Positions 1-12,188 of a DNA stretch of 64,000 nt are shown here, piece by piece. A program made the position numbers and the translations under genes. Numbering within the stretch: position 1 is the stretch's first letter; each line of letters starts with the position of its first letter. Below the pieces are notes generated by a model. The model ran no database searches. It was not told the origin of the DNA and was given only the letters and a program-made list of their open reading frames with translations. Origin of the DNA: Octopus sinensis (lineage: Eukaryota); assembly GCF_006345805.1 (NCBI RefSeq), contig NC_043016.1, forward strand, positions 13,826,001-13,890,000, written 5' to 3'.

Positions 1-70
1 GTTTGACTAAAGGTGGTGCTCCAGCATGGCTGCAGTCAAATGATGACTAAAACAAATAAGAGTTAAAGAG
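1..70 (+). mobile_element. 3' tail of CORE-type tRNA-derived SINE (family A), cut by window edge
   Basis: GACTAAAGGTGGTGCTCCAGCATGGCTGCAGTCAAATGA...AAACAAATAAGAG matches the tails of the full copies at 828 and 3790. Confidence 0.8.
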
Positions 71-437
71 TGTGTGTATATATATATATACACATACATA
101 CATATTTATAAATATGTATGTGTTCATATATATATACACACACACACACACACATCTATGACAGGTATATATGTGTGTGTGTGTTTAATGAACAATTGAC
201 AGAAGTTTCAAAGTGGCTCAAGGGCCAAGAGTTTCATGCGTTGGACTTATCAGATTGCTAAGTGCTGACGCACAAAACTTTTCCCCCTCGAGTCATTGTG
301 GGACTTCTGTGGGAATTATGAATAAAAAAAAAACAACACACACATATAGCCATGTTTTGAGTACTATTTTCCTGTGTACCTCATCAAACCTCTGTGTGTG
401 CACATAGATATACACACGCACACATATATAGTGTTTA

Positions 438-738
438 GGCGCAATGGCCCAGTGGTTAGGGCAGCGGACTGGCGGTCGTAGGATCGCGGTTTCGATTCCT
501 AGACCGGGCGTTGTGAGTGTTTATTGAGCGAAAATACCTAAAAAGCTCCACGAGGCTCCGGTAGGGGGTGGTGATCCCTGCTGTACTCTTTCACCACACT
601 TTCTCTCACTCTTTCTGCTGTTGGCCTGCTCGCTTAGCCAGCGAGGTGGCGTCATTCGAAGGCTAAAACAATGCGAACGCATTGTGACCAGCGATGTGTA
701 ACAATATCTGATGGTCTGGTCGGTCACGTGATCACCTG
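438..738 (+). mobile_element. tRNA-derived SINE, family S, tail type 1
   Basis: Pol III A box TGGCCCAGTGG and B box GGTTTCGATTCC. Head and core shared with 4792-5170, different 3' half. Confidence 0.85.
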
Positions 739-760
739 ATTATATATATATATATATATA

Positions 761-816
761 CCAACCCATGCTAGCATGGAAAACGGACGCTAAACGATGA
801 TGATGATGATGATGAT
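761..816 (+). mobile_element. RTE LINE extreme 3' end with (GAT)n tail
   Basis: CCAACCCATGCTAGCATGGAAAACGGACGCTAAACGATGATG is the same terminus as the RTE at 48350 (minus). Confidence 0.8.
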
Positions 817-827
817 ATATATATATA

Positions 828-1008
828 GGCGCAGGAGTGGCTGTGTGGTAAGTAGCTTGTTTACCAACCACATGGTTCCGGGTTCAGTCCCACTGTGTGA
901 CATCTTGGGCAAGTGTCTTCTGCTATAGCCCCGGGCCGACCAATGCCTTGTGAGTGGATTTGGTAGACGGAAACTGAAAGAAGCCGTCATATATATGTAT
1001 ATATATAT

Positions 1009-1103
<95 letters not shown>

Positions 1104-1315
1104 GTTTGTGTGTCTGTGTTTGTCCCCCTAGCATTGCTTGACAACCGATGCTGGTGTGTTTACGTCCCCGTCACTGAGCGGTTCGGCAAAAGAGACCGAT
1201 AGAATAAGCACTGGGCTTACAAAGAATAAGTCCCGGGGTCGATTTGCTCGACTAAAGGCGGTGCTCCAGCATGGCCGCAGTCAAATGACTGAAACAAGTA
1301 AAAGAGTGAAAGAGT
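828..1315 (+). mobile_element. CORE-type tRNA-derived SINE (family A), full length, long internal (TA)n/(TG)n
   Basis: Head GGCGCAGGAGTGGCTGTGTGGTAAG...GGTTCAGTCCC, CORE-like CTTGGGCAAGTGTCTTC, tail CAGTCAAATGACTG-AAACAAGTAAAAGAG. Confidence 0.9.
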
Positions 1316-1316
1316 A

Positions 1317-1349
<33 letters not shown>

Positions 1350-2099
1350 GACAGTATATACATTTCATTCAAACATATATATACGTGCACATGCACAGAC
1401 GCAATAACAACACATTATCTAGTTTGTTTTTGGTTTTGTCTTTAAATAATTGTGTATTAATCCGTGTAATTAAGATATATTAATTTCTTTATGTCCGTTA
1501 TTTATATTGAGCTTATAACATCAAATATAGGGTTAAAAAAAACAAAACAAGTACTTCATTAAAAAAAAAAAAAAACTAAATATGTATTTAAGAAAATATA
1601 AATATAAATATAAATAATAAAATTCATTCCACGTTTATATTTGTTTCCTGAATACATTAGCGGTACCAGGAAAGTAAATCTAACCATTTATGAAATTTTG
1701 GTCTTCCATACTAAGCTGTAGATATTCTTGTAATCAGACGTTGTAATGGAAAAATCCCAGCTTTGTGGAACTTTCTAATAACCGCTTCTTCGCTCTCATA
1801 ATCACTTGATTTTTGTTAAGTTGCTATCTTTGTTATTTGTTTTAATTGTTCTACATATTTTATTCCATTAAAGAAAAAGTCCCGTTTTCGAAGTCTTTCG
1901 CATTTGCACTTGCTTTGACTATTTAAACCGTTTTTTTACCTTTTTACACATTTTCATTTTCTTTATAAAATCATCCTTTAGATTTCAATCGCTTTGTTCT
2001 CTCTCCCTCTCTTTATCTCTCTCTCCCTCTCTCTGTATACACACATATACAGGAGAAATTCTAGTCTACTGCACGTACTGTTTTGCTGCTTTTTATATA

Positions 2100-2225
2100 A
2101 TTAAAAACGTGAGTAATATAATGACGCACGTGGACGTGCGCGCGTGCTTACGTAAATGTGTATATTTCGCTATTAAAGAAGAATTGGAAAACAAGATGAT
2201 TCGTAAATTTTCGTGAGGTAAATCT
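2100..2225 (+). promoter_or_regulatory. Candidate promoter or first exon: CpG-rich motif cluster followed by a splice donor
   Basis: TGACGCA 2122-2128, CACGTG 2127-2132, GCGCGCG, TTACGTAA 2148-2155. Donor-like GAG|GTAAAT at 2217/2218. Unique, CpG-retaining sequence. Confidence 0.35.
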
Positions 2226-2769
2226 CTATGAATGAATGAATGAATGAATGGTTGGCAGATGGGTGGAAGAGTTGGGTGAGCGAGAGACTGGGGAACGAAA
2301 AGACAGACGGACGGACAGAGGAAAGGATACTTTATTTAATTATGCTTGCGCTCCTCATCACCAAGCAGCACATTTCGTAATATTTAAATCTATATCTGAT
2401 AGAATGGAAGATGAATAATATTGCTTTTGGATATGATTTATTGTTAATTACAATGAGAGGAAATTAAACACAAGTGTCTCCAGCAACAGAATTGATTTGC
2501 ATGCCCTTTCCGTTTTGTAAACACTCGCCCAAGCTGGTGCTGCTGAGAAGTTTGTGAGCGCTATAATATTGTTAGTGACATATAGTGTTTCCTTCAGAAT
2601 TTGAATGCGTGTTTGAACCTCAGGAGGCTTCAAGCAAAAAACCAAATCGGCAACCTGCTGTTTGGCAACAATAGTGTCCTCAATGCTCCTTCCGGAGGCT
2701 GATATGCTTGCGGTATAATATTGACAAGTTAGAACTTGTAACAAAGTACAATCTGACGATGAGTAAGTA

Positions 2770-3230
2770 CAAGGACCGAAATGTTGCATAAGCTCGTTCT
2801 TCCAGGAAACACGAAACTGAACGCAACATCTTCACCAAGAAGCAACAACCAAATCTGGTGGATAAACTCACCTACCTCGGGAGCAAACTCTCCTGATCTG
2901 TTGTCATTGTTGACAAAGTGACTGCTAGGCTCACCAAGGCAAGTACTGCTATTGGCAGCCACTACAAGAACGTGTGGAACAGATGAGAGATGCCACTTGA
3001 GAGATAAAGATCCAGATGTACCAGACGTTATTTCTTCTTATCATGCTGTTCTGTGACTGTGAAACATGCAGTGTCTCAGCAATGGTTTGGAGGTAAGCTG
3101 AACCACTTCCATACCAACTACATCAGAAAAACTTCTGGCATTAAGTAGCAAGACAGGATTCTTGATACAGAAATATCCCCCCTTGCTGAATTACCCTGCT
3201 TAGACATCCACATAATTCTGATGCAGTGAG
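2770..3230 (+). mobile_element. Highly decayed RTE-like LINE fragment
   Basis: Broken similarity by eye to the RTE post-RT region (e.g. IKIQMYQ, W+NH+HT, W+DRI+D+EI) with many stops. Confidence 0.35.
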
Positions 3231-3789
3231 TTCATGAAAAGCAGGTTTACAACCCTCACACTTGTTACTGAAACTGGAATGACTGTTTTAAATGTTATAG
3301 ACATTTCTATTAGAATATTCCACAGTGACAGTCTTTCTCTGCTTCTTATTTTAGTCCTATATTTACTATTATTTCTTTTTCAAAAATCTACCAGTCATGT
3401 TCTAGGGTCTACAACAGCAAGAAACACTACTGTAACCCATAATTTCTCTTTTGGATGATCGGAAGATCTATGCTCAAAATGCTTACAAATACTGACAAAC
3501 TGCTGGATTACGGTCACAACCTTTTCAGCTGTTATAGGTTCGGAATTTTCCACTTCCCAAACCAAATCCATATTTAAAAACTGAATACAACCAATATTTT
3601 TGCACCAATGACAGTCTTCTCTATCTGTGTGTCTCCCTTTCTCTCTTTTTATGTGTCTGTCTCCTTCTTCTCTCTCTCCCTTTCTCTCTTTTTTATTCTC
3701 TCTCTCTCTCTCTCTGTTTCTCTCTTCTGTTCCACACAATGAATGCCACAAATACCTACCAATGTATTGATGGAAATATATCACACGTA

Positions 3790-4203
3790 GGCGCAGGAGT
3801 GGCTGTGTGGTAAGTAGCTTGCTAACCAGCCACATGGTTCCGGGTTCAGTCCCACTGCGTGGCATCTTGGGCAAGTGTCTTCTGCTATAGCCCCGGGCCG
3901 ACCAATGCCTTGTGAGTGGATTTGGTAGACGGAAACTGAAAGAAGCCTGTCGTATATATGTATATATATATGCATGTGTGTGTATATGTTTGTGTGTCTG
4001 TGTTTGTCCCCCTAGCATTGCTTGACAACCGATGCTGGTGGTGTGTTTACGTCCCCGTCAGGTTGCGGTTTGGCAAAAGAGACCGATAGAATAAGTACTG
4101 GGCTTACAAAGAATAAGTCCCGGGGTCGATTTGCTTGACTAAAGGTGGTGCTCCAGCATGGCCGCAGTCAAATGACTGAAACAAGTAAAAGAGTAAAAGA
4201 GTA
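3790..4203 (+). mobile_element. Family A SINE, full length
   Basis: Same head, CORE and tail as 828-1315, with a short internal microsatellite. Confidence 0.9.
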
Positions 4204-4791
4204 GGTATTGTGAACAACTATTGAGCAACCAAAGAATATTAGACTAAAAACACAATAGAACAGTCACAGCATTCCTCTTACTATAAGACAAGATCCCACC
4301 AGCACTGATACCAATATTTGGGATATAACCTATAGAGGAAACCCATTCCATCAACATAAAATCCCACAAAATCCTGACATGAACAATTTCCAGAGAAAGT
4401 GATGTTAACAGATTATCTCAGAAGAAAAGAGAGAGAGAAAAAGGCTTGAAATCAATTTAATCAGTCTTTAAATGTCATGGTGTTACTCAGATGGTACCGG
4501 CTAAACAATAGCAACAAAAGTAAATACATCAACTGCAAGTTCCTGCAGACCAGTAGTAAATTCCTCAAGAAACATTCACTTCCTGATGACTTCCCATGTG
4601 AACCAGGAAGTGCAGAGCCAGCATACCTCAGCAAACACTTGGAACAGGAACACTCTACAAAAGGCTGTGCATAAGAATATTTCCTGTAAACTTGGAGAGG
4701 ATGATAATATCCTTTTTACTAATAGGCAAATAGCCTGAAGTTTTGTGGGAAGGGGACTAGTTGATTATATCGTGCCCAGTATACAACTGGA

Positions 4792-5170
4792 GGCGCAATG
4801 GCCCAGTGGTTAGGGCAGCGGACTGGCGGTCGTAGGATCGCGGTTTCGATTCCCAGACCGGGAGTTGTGAGTGTTTATTGAGCGAAAACACCTAAAAGCT
4901 CCACGAGGCTCCGGCAGGGATGGTGGTGATCCCTGCTGTAATCTTTCACCACAACTTCCTCTCACTCTTTCTTCCTGTTTCTATTGTACCTGTATTTCAA
5001 AGGGCCGGCCTTGTCACTCTCTGTGTCACGCTGAATATCCCCGAGAACTACGTTAAGGGTACACGTGTCTGTGGAGTGCTCAGCCACTTACATGTTAATT
5101 TCACGAGCAGGCTGTTCCATTGATCGGATGAACCGGAACCCTCGTCGTCGTAACCGACGGAGTGCTTCCT
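4792..5170 (+). mobile_element. tRNA-derived SINE, family S, tail type 2, nested in a family C repeat
   Basis: First ~180 bp nearly identical to 438-620, then an unrelated tail ending CGTCGTAACCGACGGAGTGC. It interrupts a family C copy (4725-4791 resumes ~5172). Confidence 0.85.
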
Positions 5171-5171
5171 C

Positions 5172-5660
5172 CTATTTCATCAACACCAAAATAGTGAAAG
5201 GCAAAGATGATCTCGGTGGTATTTGAACTCGGAACACAATGCTGGAATGAATGCCACTAAGCATTTTGTCTTGCATTAATAATGATTTTTGCTAGTTTAA
5301 TGCCTTGAGGAAGAACAATAATATTGGTTTTGAATTTTGACACAATGCCAGCAATCTCTGGGGAAGCTTAAGTTGATTACATCGACCCCAGTATTTCACT
5401 GGTACTTATTTTATTGACCCCCAAAAGGATGAAAGACAAAGCTGACCATGGCGGAATTTGAACTCAGCAGCATTTTGTCTGGTGTGCTAACAATTCTGCC
5501 AGCTGACCACCTTTATTGATGATAATATTGATTTCAAACAACTCCAAAATGATGAAACACAAAGTCAACTTCAGCAGAATTTGAACTCAGAACGTAAAGA
5601 TTGATGAAATGCCGCTAAGCATTTTGCATAATGTGCTCCGGATTCTGCCAGCTTGCCACC
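5172..5660. repeat. Cluster of family C interspersed repeats
   Basis: Recurrent GGCACAAGGCC...TCGACCCCAGT...AAAGGATGAAAGGCAAAG...ATTTGAACTCAGAAC...CTAAGCATT. Other copies at ~10480-10720, 15555-15640, 31375-31530, 34085-34290, 46865-47085 and, reversed, ~35530-35710, 37925-38030, 45300-45530. Confidence 0.75.
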
Positions 5661-5696
5661 TACACACACACACAAATATATATATATATACATATA

Positions 5697-5853
5697 CAGG
5701 AGTGGCTGTGTGGTAAGTAGCTTGTTTACCGACCACATGGTTCCGGTTCAGTCCCACTGCGTAGCACCTTGGGCAAGTGTCTTCTACTATAGCCTCAGGC
5801 TGACCAAAGCCTTGTGAGTGGATTTGGTAGACGGAATCTGAAAGAAGCCTGTC

Positions 5854-5903
<50 letters not shown>

Positions 5904-6388
5904 TTAGAGACAAAACCACTATTTTGCAAATCAAACAAGGAAAGACTTAATCAATACATAAAAAAATTTTAATATAAAATTTAATATTAAAATTTTTTTA
6001 TGTATTGATTAATTCTTTCCTTGTTTGATTTACAAAATAGTGGTTTTGTCTCTAATTAATATTATATAATATTTTACTATAAAATTGGATTCAATCCTAA
6101 ATCTGATTTTTCCCTGTAAATTTGGATTTATTCCCTAATATTTATTATTATTTTATATCTATATATATATATATATATATTATATGTATGTATGTGTTTT
6201 GTGTGTTTGTCCCCCTAGCATTGCTTGACAACCGATGCTGGTGTGTCACTTAGCAGTTCGGCAAAAGTGACCGATAGAATAAGTACTAGGCTTACAAAAA
6301 ATAAGTCCACGGTCGATTTGCTCAACTAAAGGCGGTGCTCCAGCATGGCAGCAGCCATATGACTGAAACAAGTAAAAGAGTAAAGAGT
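5697..6388 (+). mobile_element. Family A SINE split by a palindromic insertion in its internal (TA)n
   Basis: Head and CORE 5697-5855, foreign DNA ~5891-6160, tail ~6195-6388. Confidence 0.8.
5891..6068. repeat. Long inverted repeat, ~85-bp arms, 8-nt spacer
   Basis: TAATTAGAGACAAAACCACTATTTTGCAAATCAAACAAGGAAAG versus its reverse complement at ~6015-6060. Confidence 0.9.
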
Positions 6389-6398
6389 ATGTATATAT

Positions 6399-6572
6399 TA
6401 TACTTGTTTGCATATAAATGGAAATGATTGGAGAGGTTCATCTTCTCCTAAGATTATCATCATCATCATCGTAAAACGGACGCTAAACGATGATGATGAT
6501 GATGATGATGATGATAATCTTAGGAGAAGATGAACCTCTCCAATCATTTCCATTTATATGCAAACAAGCATA
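6399..6572. repeat. Fold-back palindrome centred on an RTE 3' terminus
   Basis: CTTGTTTGCATATAAATGG...CCTAAGATT(ATC)n-CG / TAAAACGGACGCTAAA / CG(ATG)n-AATCTTAGG...CCATTTATATGCAAACAAG. Confidence 0.9.
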
Positions 6573-7589
6573 AAAATTAAATGTACAAGTTATATTCATA
6601 AAGAAATAATAAATGTTAATAGGGACTTGGTGGGGGCAACTAAAGGAACTGTTCTGAACCTCTCTGCAATGACACTGCTAAAGAACTTTGGTTTATAATT
6701 GCTTACATCAAGGCATCAAGAATATTTTGTTTTATTTACAATAGAATTATGACATGTGATATTCCACTGCATTCATTAAGTTCTCTGCTAGATGTCAGAA
6801 ATAGTTTACTGTCAACTATCTATAGAAGTAGGCCTTTGGTAGCTGCTATGCATCATTTCACTGGAAGTACACTTCCATTTGTGTTTTTACACAACCAGCC
6901 TGTACATGTGAGTTGTGTTTACATAATCTATAATATACATCTGTCCGTCCGTCTGTCTGTTTGCCTTCCTGCCTGCCTGCTTTCCTGCCTGCCTACCTGC
7001 CAGCCAGCCTGCCTGCCTGCCTGACACCAGACCTTCTGCCCGGCAGCCAGCCTGCCTGATTGCCTGACACCAGACCGCCTGCCAACATGCTGCCTTTCTT
7101 GCCTGCTTGTTCATACTATTTCACTCACCAATATTGAACATCTTTCGCTTTATTGCATTTTACACAAATATTAAACTTATATCCAGAATACCAGTGTGTG
7201 TGTGTGTGTGTGTGTATGCATATATTTGAATGTATATGTGTGTGTATGAATGTAAGTGTAAGCAGCTCTGTTACACATACTTAACATAGATGTGTTGGTA
7301 AAACTCCAGGAGTTGTGGGTCTTTTTGTCCAGAAAAATCCCTTTAAAGACATATAGTGTTAAAAATATGATATACTTCAGAGATAGGTGAAAGAGAATCC
7401 CCCCCCTAGAAGTGATTATGAGAGCAGCAGATATGGTATTTCACCAAATTAAGGGCTTATCATGCCTCACACTTGCTTCACTTTCAAAAGAAAATCAGGA
7501 TCACTTGTCTGATAGTGTATAAATTATTCCCTGATTTGCAATGGGACTACATAGGTAGGATAAATTCTATGCAATTGATGTATAGCTCT

Positions 7590-8415
7590 GTATGGTGGTA
7601 TCAAAAAGTTCCCAGACTAGTTCTGTAGCGCACCACCAGATGGCAGCACATGGTTGCTGAGTGACAACCCTGCATTTACTATGCAACTTGTGAAATTTTT
7701 ATTTTTGTGACGTGTAAGCTGTAGTCTGTGATTTTGTCATAGACAGGAACAAAGCGCCAGTGTGTAATTTTGTGTTAAACTTGGGAACTCATGCTTTGGT
7801 AAGCTTATGGAGATGAGGCAATAGGTCGTACACAATGTTTCAAATGGCATGAGTGCTTCAAAAGACACAGCATGCTCATTGTTTTTTTTTTTGACATCCT
7901 TGGTATCATTTATTAAGAATTTGTACCCCGGGGTTGGACTGTCAATTGAGAGTTCTATTGTGATGTTTTGAAGCATTTGAGGAAGGATATTTGGTGAAGG
8001 TGACCAGAACTGTGGAGCACAAAGAATTGGTTTCTTCACAATAACAATGCACCTGATCACCAAACTCTCCTTATTTGTGAGTTTCTCAATAAATACGACA
8101 TGGCATCACTTCCTCACCTGCCCTATTTGCAAGATTTAGCACCTGCAGACTTCTATCACTTCCCCAAGATGAAAATACAGCTCAAAGGTTGCCATTCTAA
8201 CACCATTGTCAAGATCAAGAGTTAATCACAGAAGGTCCTCAACTTGCTTTCGGAAAACGACTTCCAGGCCAGATTCCAAAAGTGGCAGGAACATTGGAAC
8301 TGGTGTTTTGCTGTGCAAGGTGACTATTTTGAACAAGATGGCATGAAAACTTAATTAAATAAGTTGTTTTTTTATAAACATACTAACGCAGGAACTTTTT
8401 GATGCCACCTTGTTG
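7590..8415 (+). mobile_element. Internally deleted mariner DNA transposon
   Basis: TIRs GGTGGTATCAAAAAGTTCC / GGAACTTTTTGATGCCACC. Decayed transposase WFLHNNNAP...LPHLPYLQDLAPADF...KWQEHWNWC..VQGDYFE. Confidence 0.85.
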
Positions 8416-8427
8416 TAAACATATATG

Positions 8428-8676
8428 CAGGTGGCACGTAAAAAGCACCATTCGAGCGAGGTTGTTGCCAGTACCGCCAGACTGGCCCTCGTGCCGGTGG
8501 CACATAAAAGCACCCGCTACATTCAGAGTGGTTGGCATTAGGAAGGGCATCCAGCTGTAGAAACTCTGCCAGATCAAGTTTGGAGCCTGGTGCAGCCATC
8601 TGGTTCGCCAGCCCGCAGTCAAACCGTCCAACCCATGCTAGCACTGAAAGCAGACATTAAACGATGATGATGATGT
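8428..8676 (+). mobile_element. RTE 3' UTR fragment (or RTE-tailed SINE)
   Basis: GTGGCACGTAAAAAGCACC...GAGTGGTTGGCATTAGGAAGGGCATCCAGCTGTAG...AACCCATGCTAGC...(GAT)n. Confidence 0.8.
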
Positions 8677-9189
8677 GCATGTATTTGTGCTCCACTTGAT
8701 CGTTTTCTTCCTATGTAGATAAGAAGAAAACCACTAAGTTAGCTAGCCATTCCTTGAACCTGGAAGCCAACAGTACCCCACAAACAATCAAGTGGAGTAT
8801 TGTAGAACAAATCCACGCTATACATTAATGAGTTGAGGAGGTGCAAGCTCTGTATATTTGAAAGAATGTATGTCTTTTTTAAATCTAAAAACTCTACCAA
8901 CATATTTTTTCACTAAATGTAAGTATCTGGATAAGTTTCTATTGTCGAACTGGAAAACACCACTCTCTCCAAGTCAAGCATGCAATCTTACTATCTTAAA
9001 CCTTTTCCCATTGAATTAATTACACCAAACATTGTTAATTCCCATTCAGATGGGTCAAAGGACACAACTATTGTTACCCTTTCTGCCATGCATTTTTTCC
9101 TTATTCCCTTTTTTCATTTACTTTTGCCTCTCCTTCTTTCTTCTTTCATTTTTTCTTAGAGAGCAGCATTGTCGTATTTTGACTGAATC

Positions 9190-9790
9190 ACCAACCATCT
9201 TGGTCCTTTGTCATCTCTCCTGTAAGGATTAGCATTTTTCTTCAATACTTTGTCCCATGTCTTCCTGGGTCTCTCTCTTCAACAAGTTCCATCCAGTTTA
9301 AGCAACCAGCCCTTCTTTATGCAACTGTTCTCATCCATCTGCATCACATCTCCAAATCAGTGCAGTCTTCTCTCCTCACACGACATCTGATTCCTCTTAT
9401 GCCCAATTTTTCTCTCATTTCTCTGGCATTTTGCCATTCATGTAGACTGACATAACACATTTTAGTGGGAAATGCTATCTCCATTCCTTTCCAGTCTTGC
9501 ATGTCCTCTGCATTCAGGGCTCATGTCTCACACCTCCCACTTTGTTCCTCACTCTATTCACCTTCATCTCCAACTCTAGCCTTCTGTTACTTCCCCTAAC
9601 ACTCTTATGAACCTACCCCATCTCCCCCACTGTCTACATCCATTCTTATACTCACCTTCTTGTATCTTGAAATAGTCTAGCATCTCATTACCACCATCTC
9701 CACCTTCTTTTCAGTTGGTTAGCCATGTATCTCCTCTATAGCAAGGCACCTTGCTATAGATATCCTGTGCTTTTTTGCCTCTGAACACTT
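9190..9790 (-). mobile_element. Decayed RTE LINE 3' coding fragment
   Basis: Diverged match by eye to 50560-51170 (e.g. CCATGTCTTCCTGGGTCTC, CTTCTCTCCTCACACGACATCTGA). Confidence 0.55.
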
Positions 9791-9894
9791 GGCACAAAAT
9801 CATCACCCACACCCTCTTAAATACTCCTCTTTCATTTAATTGAGGGGTTTTGTTCTTTTACTTGTTCTCTTGTATATCTAGTTATCTGGTGATC

Positions 9895-10072
9895 CTACTG
9901 GTGCCAGTGCCATGCAAAAAGTACCCAGTCCGCGCTATAAAATGGTTGGTGTTAAGAAAGGCATCTAACCACAGAAACCATGCCAAAATGGACGTGAAAT
10001 CTGGGCAGCTCTACAGCTGGCCAGCTCCTGTTAAACTGTCCAACCCATGCCAGCATGGAAAACGGATGTTAA

Positions 10073-10110
<38 letters not shown>
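9895..10110 (+). mobile_element. RTE 3' UTR fragment
   Basis: Same 3' end with (GAT)n tail. Confidence 0.75.
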
Positions 10111-10189
10111 ATATATATAATCAGGTATTCTGAGAAACTAGTCAGAGAAATACTCATCATATTAAAAGAAAATCGCACAGAGGTACATA

Positions 10190-10443
10190 CAGGGGTTGGA
10201 CAAAAGAATGGAAACGCCTTAAAATTTCAAACAAATTTATTTTAATATGGAGTAGGACCACCTTTCGCAGTAATTACAGCTTGAATTCTACGAGGACTTG
10301 TACAAAGTTTGAATTGTTTCCAAGGGAATTTTTGTCCATTCTTCAGCTAAAGCAGTCTCCAGTTCTTGTAGTGATGATGGTGGAAGATATCAACTCCTTA
10401 CTTGTTTTTCTAAAATGCTCCATAAATGTTCAATAATATCGAG
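10190..10443 (-). mobile_element. Tc1-like transposon terminal fragment
   Basis: TA|CAGGGGTTGGACAAAAGAATGG end. Minus strand encodes LDIIEHLWSILEKQVRS*...LQELETALAEEWTKIP...RIQAVITAKGGPTPY, a Tc1 transposase C-terminus. Confidence 0.8.
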
Positions 10444-11849
10444 AATTGTGAGGCAATTACAATTGGGTCGATGTTCTTTATTACTCTAGGCACAAGGCTT
10501 GAAATTTTTGGGGAGGGGTTCAGATGATTAGTTCGACCCCAGTACACAACTGGTACTGAATTTATCAACCCCAGTACGCAACTGGAACATAATTTATCGA
10601 CCCCAAAAGGATGAAAGGCAAAGTTGACCTTGGTAGTATTTGAACTCAGAACATATAGACAGACAAAATATCACTAAGCATTTCGCCTGGTGTGCTAATG
10701 TTTCTGCCAGCTCACTGCCTTACGATTGGGGTAACATTGTTTGTTTTATGGGAGAGAGAACAAAAGTCATGAAGAGCTTAGATACCAGAAGTGAGTGTCT
10801 TCTCCAAAATTGGATAAAATAAGAACATTTGAGGTGACTTGATGAGGAACTTGCAGCTCTTAAATCAAGGCTGAAGATTTTCATTCATATCTATTATTGT
10901 AAGTATTGGGCTGTATCACAACTGTTTGTATAAAGACCTCATAATGCTGGGGTTCTCCAAGAAAAAAAAAACAATGTAAATTGATTTGCATTCTCCGAAT
11001 ATGAATAGTGGTGCAGTGAAGATTTGTAAAACATTCCAGGGATTCTCCGAGTTTCCTGGAATGAATATATGTGCACATAACATGGACAAACTCACATTCG
11101 CAAGCAGTAATGAAGCATTGGATTGGATTGCCCATGTTCAGTGCATTTTAGGACAAGGGCCTCAGCATGTTCTCTTCACTAAACATGGTCCTGGGGGGTG
11201 AAGGCTGTGAATTTGAGCTTGGGGTGATACTGAACGTGCACTTGCATAAGGACATGCACTTAGATATTTGCACACACTTATTCATTCACATATTCATCAA
11301 TCCCAAGAGCCTTATCATTTTGTGGCCCCTGTAGATATATGCCTTAACTTGGTATATATATCTGATGTAGCTGGCTGTAGTGGGTGTGGTGAAATGGGGT
11401 GCTATTGAGACATTCGGAATTTTTAACATTAACAAAACCCATTCCCCTACAGAACTGGCAGAAAACTGATTTCTCCCTAAGAGAGAGGGGGAGGGGGAGA
11501 AAAGGAGGGACAAAGAGAGAGAGAGAGAGAGAGAGAGTGAAAGGGAAAAAGACAAACAAAGATAAAGAGAAGAATTTACTCCAGTTCAGGGTCAGTAATT
11601 TATTGACCATAAAAGGATAAAAGGTAAAATTGACCTTTGTGGCATTTATTATACTCAGGTGGCAGAAAGCCAAAATGAATACTGCAAGGTAATCAATCTG
11701 ATGTTTTAACAATTACTAATTGGCAAGCTTATTAATTATTTTCATCTTTACATTCACACATGCTTGCATCCCTCAATCCGTTCAACCAGATGGCCAGTCA
11801 GGCCAACCATATATACATGCATGCAAGCATGCAAACATGCCTACAGGTA

Positions 11850-12175
11850 TCATCATCATCATCATCATTTAACATCCGTTTTCCATGCTAGCATGGGTTG
11901 GACAGTTTGACCGGGGTCTGGTAAACCATGGAGGCTGCACCAGGCTCAAGTTTGATTTGGTAGTGTTTCTACAGCTGGATACCCTTCCTAACGCCAACCA
12001 CTCCGTGAGTGTAGTGGGTATTTTTTATGTGCCACCGGCACAGGAGCCAAAGCAGGCTGGCAAACGGCCCTGATCGGTTGGTGCTTTTATGTGTCACCGG
12101 CACGGACACCAGTCAGGCGACACTAGTAACTGCCATGCTCGAACGGTGCTTTTACGTGTCACCAGCACTGGTGTT
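11850..12175 (-). mobile_element. RTE 3' UTR fragment
   Basis: (CAT)n-TTAACATCCGTTTTCCATGCTAGCATGGGTTGG. Confidence 0.8.
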
Positions 12176-12188
12176 TTAATATATATAT

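Noticed and set aside
438-510. tRNA-like sequence (also at 4792-4865 and in family A heads)
   Set aside because: A and B boxes are present, but there is no closable acceptor stem and the sequence runs into a SINE body. These are SINE heads, not tRNA genes.
2749-2790. CTGACGA...GAAA hammerhead-like string
   Set aside because: Helix I and helix II do not pair convincingly. At best it is a very old relic.
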